Shown piece by piece: positions 1 to 8,558 of a stretch of DNA of 22,578 nt. The stretch is from positions 1-22,578 of the forward strand of contig SDNY01000054.1 of assembly GCA_004524535.1 (NCBI GenBank). Direction: 5' to 3'. The stretch is from Promethearchaeota archaeon. GTDB lineage: Archaea > Asgardarchaeota > Lokiarchaeia > Sigyniarchaeales > SOKP01. The notes under the pieces are model-generated. The model was not told where the DNA came from, did not search any database, and saw only the letters and a program-made list of their open reading frames with translations. Position 1 is the first letter of the stretch; the number at the start of each line of letters is the position of its first letter. A program made the translations under genes and the position numbers.

Positions 1-37
1 AAACAAAACAAAAAAAAACCAAAAAATGTGATATAAA

Positions 38-466
38 ATGGTTGATGAGAAATTATTAGAGGAATTAAAAGCAATAAGAGAAGCTGGTCCTGAGAACGCC
101 CCACCAGACACAGTTTTTAAGATCTTCGAGGTCTTTAAACAATTAGCCGAAGAAGATGAAGACTTGAAAGAGGAAGTTGAAGATGCAGATTTATGCATGC
201 AATTTGTAATAACCGATAAGGATAATAAATTTTGGATTGCCGCCCGAGATGGGAAAATTTCTTATGGTGAAGGTGACGGTCCTGATGTTAGTGTTACGAT
301 GAAGGCCGCATATGAAACAATGTCTGGAATCCTTAGCCAAGAAGTAGATGCGACTTCGGCTTATATGTCCGGAGATCTCGTAATTGAAGGAAACCTTCAA
401 GACGCGATGGCATTTGGTGAGATTGCAAGTTTAGCCGGCGAAATAATGGAAGACAAGGGCCTATAA
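38..466 (+). CDS. SCP2 sterol/lipid-binding domain protein
   Basis: Acidic 142-aa ORF. The C-terminal pattern MQFVITD..FWI...DGKI..GEG..PDVSVTM...TMSGILS.EVDATSAYMSGDL.IEGNL.DAM matches the SCP-2 family. A GTGA RBS-like motif precedes the ATG. Confidence 0.85.
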   Translation: MVDEKLLEELKAIREAGPENAPPDTVFKIFEVFKQLAEEDEDLKEEVEDADLCMQFVITDKDNKFWIAARDGKISYGEGDGPDVSVTMKAAYETMSGILSQEVDATSAYMSGDLVIEGNLQDAMAFGEIASLAGEIMEDKGL

Positions 467-494
467 TTGAATTCTATTCAATTTTTTTTTTTTT
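465..494 (+). terminator. Putative terminator: 8-bp hairpin plus T-tract
   Basis: AATTGAAT-tct-ATTCAATT (465-483) runs into a 13-T tract (482-494) directly after the stop codon. Confidence 0.5.
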
Positions 495-544
495 AATTTA
501 TATTTTTTTAATTTATATTTTTTTAATTTATATTTTTTTAATTT
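488..544. repeat. 15-bp tandem repeat TTTTTTTAATTTATA, about 3.8 copies
   Basis: Exact copies at 488-502, 503-517 and 518-532, and a partial copy at 533-544. Confidence 0.85.
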
Positions 545-927
545 TTTATGTTAATTTAAATTCTGTTATGTTAATTTAATATTTTTAAATTCGTAATGAG
601 AACTATGAAGAGATTTGAAAGAGAAGAAATTCCATCAATAAAAAATGGAGTAATGTGAAAAATTCATTAATCACAGAACAGTCTTAGAGAGGTTTAAATT
701 TCTTTATTATTATGATTATTACTTTTAACTATTATTTAAAGATTGCTTTTAGTGATTATCAGTAGTGTAAAGTTTAAATTAGAAGGGTTTAATATTAATA
801 TATTGATAGTATGATAAAAAATAATTATTTTTCAGTTTGGTAAAAATACTGACAAAAAGTCAAACAAAAAAATAAAAAAAAAAAGAGTTGTATTAAAATA
901 ACTTTAACTAAAGAAAATGGAACGAAG

Positions 928-2010
928 ATGACTCTCGAGCAAGAGATTGAACAATTCTTAAAGGAAAGAGGAGCCCTAAAGGTTGGCATTGCCACTCGTG
1001 ACACAATGACGGGAGGGCCTCCAAGTGCCGATATTACATACGTCCTTCCTGAAGCCGAATCGGCGATTTGTTTTGCCTTACCGCTAGATAAGGAAAAAAT
1101 ACGTGCCTATCTAAGGAAAGATTTACCCAATGGTCGAGTAGATCATGAAAAAGATAATCTTGAAGTAAATCAAAAAGCAAATTCTATTGCCAAAGAATGT
1201 GCAAATTGGTTAATAAATAAAGGTCATAAAGCGGTTAGGGTAATTGCGAATCTTAAATATAGAGAGGAGAATCCAAATTGGAGGATCATGATGCACCCCG
1301 AGATTTCTCTTCGATATGTGGCTGTCCGCTCTGGAGTTGCCTCATTTGGCTGGTCTGGCAATGTTGGAATGAAGGGTTATGGTACCGCAATTATCTTAGG
1401 GTTAGTTGTCACCTCTGCTAAGCTTAAACCAACAGAACCTATTCCTCCTGAGGAGGAATTTTGTACAAAATGTAAACTATGTGCTGAAGTGTGCGTTTTT
1501 AGAATGTTTTCTAAGGATGAGGAAAGTTCTGTTACTTTAGGAGGAAAAACATTTACATATGGGAAGCGTATTGATCTTAGGAGATGTATGATTGGTTGTG
1601 GCGGATTCACAGGTCTGGATAAGACCGGTAAATGGTCTACTTGGTCCCCGGGAAGATATGACTATGCTGAGGATGAGGTTGAGTTAAATCGAGCATTAAT
1701 TCTCGCCATGGGTTCTGAGAAAAAGAGACCAAAGATTGCTGATGGAGGGGAAGGATTTATTGATGCTAAAGTTGATAAAAGTTTTGCAGTACAATTCACG
1801 TGCGGAAATTGTCAATATATATGCGGGGGAGATCCTAAAGAAACCGCAGAAAGATATCGATTACTCACTAATTCGGGTTGTGTTATTCAAAGAGAAGATG
1901 GTAAAATTGAGGTCTTCTCACCAGAACAGGCAAAAGAAGAATTTTCAAAGATGCCTTCAAAACAGCAACGGCTTTACTATAAAGATTATAAAAAGAGAAT
2001 AAAAAGATAA
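928..2010 (+). CDS. QueG/reductive-dehalogenase superfamily 4Fe-4S protein (probably cobalamin-binding)
   Basis: GALKVGIA N-terminal motif, AVRSGVASFGWSGNV segment, Fe-S motifs CTKCKLCAEVC and CGNCQYIC. No TAT signal seen. Confidence 0.75.
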   Translation: MTLEQEIEQFLKERGALKVGIATRDTMTGGPPSADITYVLPEAESAICFALPLDKEKIRAYLRKDLPNGRVDHEKDNLEVNQKANSIAKECANWLINKGHKAVRVIANLKYREENPNWRIMMHPEISLRYVAVRSGVASFGWSGNVGMKGYGTAIILGLVVTSAKLKPTEPIPPEEEFCTKCKLCAEVCVFRMFSKDEESSVTLGGKTFTYGKRIDLRRCMIGCGGFTGLDKTGKWSTWSPGRYDYAEDEVELNRALILAMGSEKKRPKIADGGEGFIDAKVDKSFAVQFTCGNCQYICGGDPKETAERYRLLTNSGCVIQREDGKIEVFSPEQAKEEFSKMPSKQQRLYYKDYKKRIKR

Positions 2011-2079
2011 ACGTTACACATAGTAATGTAAGTAAAGAAAATAAAAAAAAAATTAATCTAATAAAAAATAATATAAAAC

Positions 2080-3186
2080 ATGACAGTAGAAGACCCTTAT
2101 GAAGTAATAATTAGGAAGATGAGGGAATATCCGAACGATGTTCCTCTTGACAAAGATGGTAATGTTTCAGAAGCGTTTCGTGAGTATGTTAAATTATTTT
2201 TTACACCTGAAGAAGCTGAGATCGTCCAACATTTAGAGGTTAAGCCATTAAGGCTAGGAGAAATTTCCAAACGTCTTGGTAAAGAGAGATCTGAAACAAA
2301 AAAAATCATGCAAGAATTAACGGAAAAAGCTCTCATTCAAGATATTGGAGGGTATTCTTTTTATTTGACAATGGCACATTTTCTTAATATTGGATTAAAG
2401 TCCAAAAAGATGTTAGAACGATTAGGCAAAAAAGCGGCAGAATTATATCTACAATTCTTTATTGAAGAGAAATTTTATAAAAGATATGAGTCTTCGGATG
2501 CTGGAACATCCCTTACAAGAGTTATTCCGGTTGAACAAGCCTTAGATTATCATTCAGAGATATCTAATGCAGAAGAAATGCATCGCGTTATTGATAATTG
2601 CATAGGTCCAATTGTTGCTACAGATTGTCCATGTAGAGGACGAACGGAATTACTTGGAATTAGAGAATGTAAGGGGAAGTACCCTATTGAAGAATCTTGT
2701 TTACAATTAGGACCATTTGGTAATTATTTCTTAGAGCGGGGCGAGGGTAGAGAATTAACTAAAGAAGAAGCCCATGAACATATTGATAAAATGGCTAAAT
2801 TAGGATTGATTTTTACTACAGAGAATGTTCAGCAGGCACTTCACCAGATTATTTGTGCGTGTTGTGGGTGCTGTTGTAGTCTCATGCGAGGGATGACCCG
2901 TTTTGAAGATAAAAATCAATATAATACAAGTAAGTCAAATAATATTGCTATTGTTAATCAAGAGTTATGTAAAGGATGCGGGCTCTGTACCACTAGATGC
3001 ATTTTTAAAGCGATTACCTTGGAAGATGAGAAAGCACACGTAGATGCAAAAAAATGCTATGGATGTGGAGTGTGTGCCGTAACTTGTCCAACAGAAGCAA
3101 TAAAACTCCATCGTGAAGAACGTTCAGAAATACCTGCCTTTTATAAAGAACTAATGGATAAAGTATATCAAGAAAATAGAACTTAA
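2080..3186 (+). CDS. 4Fe-4S dicluster protein with N-terminal HTH-like region and Cys-rich middle
   Basis: CPCR, ICACCGCCC, and two ferredoxin motifs CKGCGLCTTRC and CYGCGVCAVTCP. The N-terminal FTPEEAEIV...LGEISKRLG segment is helix-turn-helix-like. Confidence 0.8.
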   Translation: MTVEDPYEVIIRKMREYPNDVPLDKDGNVSEAFREYVKLFFTPEEAEIVQHLEVKPLRLGEISKRLGKERSETKKIMQELTEKALIQDIGGYSFYLTMAHFLNIGLKSKKMLERLGKKAAELYLQFFIEEKFYKRYESSDAGTSLTRVIPVEQALDYHSEISNAEEMHRVIDNCIGPIVATDCPCRGRTELLGIRECKGKYPIEESCLQLGPFGNYFLERGEGRELTKEEAHEHIDKMAKLGLIFTTENVQQALHQIICACCGCCCSLMRGMTRFEDKNQYNTSKSNNIAIVNQELCKGCGLCTTRCIFKAITLEDEKAHVDAKKCYGCGVCAVTCPTEAIKLHREERSEIPAFYKELMDKVYQENRT

Positions 3187-3188
3187 CT

Positions 3189-4043
3189 ATGACGATTAAC
3201 AAAGAATGGTTTATAGAAAAAATTCAAACATTTTTAGCTGAAGATGATGCTAATAAAATGGTAGGGGTAGATGGAAGTCCAATTTATCGCCAAGATGTAT
3301 TAGTGGGCTTTGCTTCTGGAGATGACCCTATTTTTGAAGAATATAAATCTGAAATTATAGGAAGTTTTCACATGACTCCACGGGAAGCTTTAGAGAATTA
3401 TTGTAAAAAGAAGAAGTTGGATATTTCCCCCAAAAATCTTTCAGTTGTAGCTTATATCTTACCATTTAATCAAGAGACAAGAAAAGAAAATCTTGAATAT
3501 TCAAAAGAATGGCCTTCAGAACGATGGGCACATACAAGACTTTATGGAGAAAGATGTAATGTGGCTTTACAACAATTTCTAATTGATGAATTAGAAAAAG
3601 AAGGAATTTTTGCTTTATCTCCTATGATGCATACATTTATGTGGAAAATTCTTAGGAAGCATGAGAATGGTGTCTGGGCCTCAAGATGGAGCCATAGACA
3701 CATGTGTTTTGCGGCGGGACTTGGATCTTTCGGACTTTCAGATGGATTTATGAATGAAAAAGGAGTTGCCATGCGTTGTGGTAGCCTTATAGTTGCCTAT
3801 GAGCTTCCATCCGATGCTGATAAACGCCCATCTGATCCATATGCATATTGTATAAAATGTGGAAAATGTATTCAAAGATGTCCTGTTAGAGCCATTACAT
3901 TTGAAGCGAGGCATGATAAACAGAAATGTTCTGAAATGGTCATGAGTACCATACCATATATTAAAGAGCACTATGATATCCCTATTTATTCTTGCGGATT
4001 ATGTCAAGTAGGTGTCCCTTGTCAAGATGAGCTACCAGAATAA
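3189..4043 (+). CDS. Epoxyqueuosine-reductase (QueG)-like 4Fe-4S protein
   Basis: VGFASGDDPIF, WSHRHMCFAAGLGSFGLSDG, CIKCGKCIQRCP, CGLCQVGVPC. Starts 2 nt after the upstream stop. Confidence 0.8.
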   Translation: MTINKEWFIEKIQTFLAEDDANKMVGVDGSPIYRQDVLVGFASGDDPIFEEYKSEIIGSFHMTPREALENYCKKKKLDISPKNLSVVAYILPFNQETRKENLEYSKEWPSERWAHTRLYGERCNVALQQFLIDELEKEGIFALSPMMHTFMWKILRKHENGVWASRWSHRHMCFAAGLGSFGLSDGFMNEKGVAMRCGSLIVAYELPSDADKRPSDPYAYCIKCGKCIQRCPVRAITFEARHDKQKCSEMVMSTIPYIKEHYDIPIYSCGLCQVGVPCQDELPE

Positions 4044-4191
4044 TTAACGAAAAAAATTAAGAAAAATAAAGAGAAAAAATTAAAATTTTATCAAGAAAAC
4101 CGAATAAGAAAGAAGTTATATTATAAAGATTATAAAAAAAGAAGATGAAAATGAAAAAATCAGGAAAATAAATTAAGAAGGTGAATAAAAC

Positions 4192-5052
4192 ATGGCAGAT
4201 GAAATAGAATCAACCTATATAGGAAAAAATGAAGGGTTAGTATTCATTGTACCAAAGGAACTTTTTGGAATGAAAATGGATAAAAAAATAGATCCTGAAA
4301 TAGCGAAAGAATTTAGTGGTTACATAAGGGATACTTTTAAGGGATTTCAGATTGCTGCTCAATCAAAAAAAGGCAATGAAAATAACACTAAAACGGAAAC
4401 ATCTCCTGAATTTTGGAAAGACTTTGAAAAAAAAGCAAAAGAATTAGGGGTTGATCTTATAGGGTATACTCCTGTTAATGAAAATTATATTTTTAAAGGC
4501 CTAAAAGTTTATGGGAAGAATGCTATTGTTCTTGGTCAAGAAATGATCTGGGAAAGAATTAAAAATGCCCCTAGTGTTGATTGCGGCGTAGAATCCTTTA
4601 GAGTATATAAAGAATTAGGAGAAAGCGTTATTGAATTAACCAATTACTTGAAAGAACAAGGATATAAAAGTGAAGCTCATCATCCTTTTGGCGGAAAACT
4701 ACTTTTTCCCTATCACGCAGTTGCTGCGGGTCTTGGGGCGGTGGGGATGAATGGTTTAGTAGTTACTCCCGAATTCGGTCCTCGGCAAAGATGGGGGATT
4801 ATTACCACCGATGCAGATGTTCCAGAGGTATCAGAAGAAAGACTTAAGGAAATGGAAACTCTTTGTAATAAATGTGAGGCTTGCATAAAGAATTGTAAGG
4901 GCAGCGCCACATTGGAAAACCCTACTGAAAAAGTAAAAGGTTCTGGAATTATTACTCGCATAGATCGCTCAAAATGTATTCATAGTCTGATCAATAATAA
5001 TTATTGTTCAGTTTGTTTAAAAGTATGTCCCTTAGGACATCCTAAAAAATAA
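4192..5052 (+). CDS. Short cytoplasmic reductive dehalogenase-like (RdhA core) protein
   Basis: AKELGVDLIGYT, NAIVLGQEM, AVAAGLGAVGMNGLVVTPEFGPRQR..IITTD, CNKCEACIKNC and CSVCLKVCP resemble RdhA cobalamin/Fe-S core motifs. An AGGTGA RBS lies upstream. Confidence 0.75.
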   Translation: MADEIESTYIGKNEGLVFIVPKELFGMKMDKKIDPEIAKEFSGYIRDTFKGFQIAAQSKKGNENNTKTETSPEFWKDFEKKAKELGVDLIGYTPVNENYIFKGLKVYGKNAIVLGQEMIWERIKNAPSVDCGVESFRVYKELGESVIELTNYLKEQGYKSEAHHPFGGKLLFPYHAVAAGLGAVGMNGLVVTPEFGPRQRWGIITTDADVPEVSEERLKEMETLCNKCEACIKNCKGSATLENPTEKVKGSGIITRIDRSKCIHSLINNNYCSVCLKVCPLGHPKK

Positions 5053-5086
5053 ACTAAAAAAAAAAAATTAGTAGAGAGGAATTAAA

Positions 5087-6604
5087 ATGCCTAAAAATAT
5101 GAATGTATTGTTCATAATTACGGATCAGCACAGAGCTGATCATATGGGCTGTGCTGGAAATCAGGTCGTGAAGACTCCTAATCTTGATAGATTGGCTCAA
5201 GAGGGGATTAGGTTTACGAATGCGTTTTGTGCTAATCCTATGTGTATGCCAAACAGGGCCTCTATATTTACGGGTGTCTACCCAAATGTTCATGGAGTTA
5301 GAAGCAATGGAATCAATTTACCGGATACAGTTGAGACGTTTGTTGAAACAATGCGAAAGAGAGGATATATAACTTATAATGTAGGTAAAGTGCATCTTCA
5401 GTTTTTTATTCCTCCTTATAAGCATAATACTAAATCTTACGAGATGATTGCAAGATGGATGCATCCAAAAACAGCTCAAGAAGCTCGAGATGAGTTTCCT
5501 AAACCTTATTATGGATTCGAAGAATGTGATATTGTTTTAGGTCACGGTGATTTATGTGGTGGACATTATTTAGATTGGTTAGAAGAATTACGTCCAGGAG
5601 CAACAGAATGGATGCGTAAAAGACTAACATTAGAATTTTTCAACAAGGTTTATTATGAAAGTGATATGCCTGTCGCACAGTATCCAACCACATATTGTCA
5701 AGAAAAAGCAATTAATTTCTTAGAAAGGCATTCAAAAGGAGAATTTGGAGATAAACCTTTCTTTTTATGTTGTTCTATCCCTGATCCTCATCATCCAGTA
5801 TGCCCTCCGGGTGAATATAAAGATATGTATAAACATGAGGATATTGATTTGCCTTCTACATTTTCAGATGAAAATATACCAAACCATAAATTTCTAGGAC
5901 CGCTCATAACAAATCCCGTTTTTCGAGGAGCTCTGCTCCGTAAATCTGATGAAACAGAAGTTAAAGAGTTTACACGTTTAACGTATGGAGCAGTCTCATT
6001 ACTTGACCATGCTATTGGAGAAATTCTTGCTAGTTTAGAAAAGCTTGGATATGCAGACAACACTATTGTAGTTTACACAAGTGATCATGGTGATTTAATG
6101 GGAGATCATGGTATAATCTATAAAGGACCTTCACCATTTGATGGTGTATTAAGGGTTCCTTTGATTATGAGAGTTCCCGGAATAACTAAACCAGGAAGTG
6201 TCACAAATTCTTTAGCTAGCTCAATTGACTTCGCAAAAACTATATTAAATCTTACTAATATTCCTAAGCGTTTTCATTCTGAGTTCATTCAAGGAGTTGA
6301 TCTTATCCCTGTCCTTCAAGATCCTAAAGAAAAAGTAAGAGAATTTTGTCTTATAGAAGAAGATGAAGAAATTGGTTCAGTTTTGAATATAAGAGTAAGG
6401 CATTTAATAACAGATACGCATAAAATCACGGTTTATGCTGGTTTAGAAGATGCTGGTGATATTTATGATCGCATAAATGACCCAGATGAGGTAAATAATT
6501 TATGGGATAAGGATAGCAAATTAAAAGAAAAACTAATAACAAAGCTTCTTCACGAGAATTTAAAAGCTCAATCCAAAATTCCTAAAAGACAAGCTGCAAG
6601 TTAA
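5087..6604 (+). CDS. Formylglycine-dependent sulfatase (arylsulfatase A / choline-sulfatase-like)
   Basis: NVLFIITDQHR, CMPNRASIFTG (CxPxR), GKVHL, DPHHP, YTSDHGD and KG motifs. Confidence 0.92.
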   Translation: MPKNMNVLFIITDQHRADHMGCAGNQVVKTPNLDRLAQEGIRFTNAFCANPMCMPNRASIFTGVYPNVHGVRSNGINLPDTVETFVETMRKRGYITYNVGKVHLQFFIPPYKHNTKSYEMIARWMHPKTAQEARDEFPKPYYGFEECDIVLGHGDLCGGHYLDWLEELRPGATEWMRKRLTLEFFNKVYYESDMPVAQYPTTYCQEKAINFLERHSKGEFGDKPFFLCCSIPDPHHPVCPPGEYKDMYKHEDIDLPSTFSDENIPNHKFLGPLITNPVFRGALLRKSDETEVKEFTRLTYGAVSLLDHAIGEILASLEKLGYADNTIVVYTSDHGDLMGDHGIIYKGPSPFDGVLRVPLIMRVPGITKPGSVTNSLASSIDFAKTILNLTNIPKRFHSEFIQGVDLIPVLQDPKEKVREFCLIEEDEEIGSVLNIRVRHLITDTHKITVYAGLEDAGDIYDRINDPDEVNNLWDKDSKLKEKLITKLLHENLKAQSKIPKRQAAS

Positions 6605-6688
6605 GCTTTTAATAATAAAAATCAACAGCCTTTCCGTAATATTCAAACCCAAATATGGAAACAAGCAATATAATTTTTTTTTTTTATA

Positions 6689-7606
6689 ATGAAAATTAAA
6701 GTAAACCGACTTAAAAATAATCCAATCATTTTTCCAGAGATGGATCAGAGTTTAGGGAATAATATTAATGGTCCTTCTCTAATATGCGTACCAAAATGGA
6801 TTAGTAATCCGCTTGGATTTTATTATCTTTATTTTGCTGCTCACAATGGCTCTTATATAAGATTGGCTTATGCAGATGATCTAGAAGGTCCATGGCATAT
6901 ATATAAAAGTGGTAGCCTTCAATTAGTAGAATCTTTCTTTCCTACAGAATTATCACCTCAGATATCAAAATATGCTAACAAATATTATAATAAACCACAC
7001 ATCGCATCTCCCGACGTACATATTCACGAAGAATCTCACGAAATTTATATGTATTACCATGGACTTCAGTTAAATTTGCTTCAGATGACTCGAGTTGCTC
7101 GTTCTAAAGATGGGATCTATTTTGTAGCAGAACCAGAAATCATTTCTCCTTCCTATCTCCGTGTTTTTAATTATGATGGATGGTATTACGGAATGTCCAT
7201 GCCAGGCATACTTTTTAGGTCTCCTAATGGAATTAATAATTTTGAAAGAGGGGCTTCTCTTTTTAACCATAAAATGCGTCATTCAGCTTTAAGAGTAGAT
7301 AAAGATATATTGCAAATATTCTGGACACAGGTGGGAGACTGCCCTGAAAGAATTTTACTTTCAATTGTCGATCTAACAGAGGACTGGTCGGACTGGAAAG
7401 CATCAACACCTATTGAGGTTTTATTTCCAGAAAAAGAATGGGAAGGAGGATATTTGCCTCCAGAATCATCAGTTCGAGGTCCAATAAATGAATCCGTTTG
7501 TCAATTACGCGACCCCGCTATTTATGAAGAGGAAGGAAGGATTTTTATGTTATATAGTATCGCAGGGGAATCTGGGATAGCTATCGCTGAGTTGAAGATC
7601 AATTAA
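6689..7606 (+). CDS. Five-bladed beta-propeller glycoside-hydrolase-like protein
   Basis: NNPII, NINGPS, YYLYFA, LAYADDLEGPW, ASPDV, MYYHG and RDPAIY..EGRIFMLYS blade motifs resemble GH43/GH32-like propellers. Confidence 0.65.
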   Translation: MKIKVNRLKNNPIIFPEMDQSLGNNINGPSLICVPKWISNPLGFYYLYFAAHNGSYIRLAYADDLEGPWHIYKSGSLQLVESFFPTELSPQISKYANKYYNKPHIASPDVHIHEESHEIYMYYHGLQLNLLQMTRVARSKDGIYFVAEPEIISPSYLRVFNYDGWYYGMSMPGILFRSPNGINNFERGASLFNHKMRHSALRVDKDILQIFWTQVGDCPERILLSIVDLTEDWSDWKASTPIEVLFPEKEWEGGYLPPESSVRGPINESVCQLRDPAIYEEEGRIFMLYSIAGESGIAIAELKIN

Positions 7607-7609
7607 GAT

Positions 7610-8410
7610 TTAAACTCCACTGTTAATGGTAAATCCTCCGTCGACCACTATTTTCGCTCCTGAGATATACCCACTTGCATCAGATGCTAGGAAAACAATG
7701 GTTCCTTTTATATCGTCGCTGCTTCCTAACCTTTTAAGAGGCACTAAGTTTACTAAAGGTTTTCCTACCCTCTCGTACGCTGGACCATTTTTGTCTTTGA
7801 GCCTTTCCATTAGGCCTTCTTCCGTATTGCCTGGAAGAATAGCGTTGACTCTGATATTATATTTGCCCCATTCAACTGCAAGCGATCTCGTGAGCCCAAC
7901 TATCCCAATTTTAGATGTGGCGTAAGCAGTCATTCCCATAGAAAAGCCAATTTGTCCTCCCATGCTTGAAAAGTTTATTATATTCCCATTTTTCTGCCTT
8001 ATCATTATCTTCCCAAATTCTCTGCAACACAAAAAGGTTCCCGTGAGATTAGTGTTAATAAGGTTGTTCCAACGCTTAATATCGTAGCTTTTCGAAGGGC
8101 CTAGATCGCCGAGTCCTGCGTTATTTACAAGAATATCGCATTTCCCGTAATAGTCCTTTATTTTTTTTGCCATCTGCTTGACTTCTGCTTCTTGCGTTAT
8201 GTCGCACTTAATCGCTATACAATCTTTTCCTTTTTTTTTCAACTTTTCCACGGCATCATCCAACTTTCCGTGAAAATCTCTACCACAAATGGCTACATCT
8301 GCTCCAGCTTCTACCAATCCTTCAGCAGAAAAATAACCTAATCCTCTTCCGCCTCCAGTTACCAAAGCGACTTTTTCATCTAGTTTAAATAAATCTGAAA
8401 CGTGAGTCAT
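7610..8410 (-). CDS. Classical SDR oxidoreductase (gluconate 5-dehydrogenase/FabG-like)
   Basis: TGGGRGLG, NNAG, catalytic S and YATSK, IRVNAILPG, VDGG. An AAGTGA RBS lies upstream. Confidence 0.92.
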   Translation of the reverse strand: MTHVSDLFKLDEKVALVTGGGRGLGYFSAEGLVEAGADVAICGRDFHGKLDDAVEKLKKKGKDCIAIKCDITQEAEVKQMAKKIKDYYGKCDILVNNAGLGDLGPSKSYDIKRWNNLINTNLTGTFLCCREFGKIMIRQKNGNIINFSSMGGQIGFSMGMTAYATSKIGIVGLTRSLAVEWGKYNIRVNAILPGNTEEGLMERLKDKNGPAYERVGKPLVNLVPLKRLGSSDDIKGTIVFLASDASGYISGAKIVVDGGFTINSGV

Positions 8411-8558
8411 TTGATCACTTTTAAATTAGTTTTAGATAAATATTGATGAGTATCAATTTAAATTTATCTTATTGATATTATAATGAACGAATTTAATAAA
8501 AAAAAAGAAAATTGATTAAGAATTATATTTAGAAAGATCTAAAAATTGCTAAAAAGAG

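Noticed and set aside
488-579. Possible CRISPR array
   Set aside because: The units are adjacent low-complexity repeats without unique spacers, and no cas genes are present.
917-931. Mini-ORF MERR* overlapping the ATG at 928
   Set aside because: Four codons are expected by chance and there is no supporting signal.
928-5052. Assigning the gene symbols queG or rdhA
   Set aside because: Only superfamily-level motifs are visible. There is no TAT leader or rdhB, and queuosine synthesis is not expected in most archaea.
8434-8469. Nested inverted repeat (ATTGAT-gagt-ATCAAT) between the SDR and hisC genes
   Set aside because: The arms are short and almost entirely A/T. It could be an operator but cannot be told from background.
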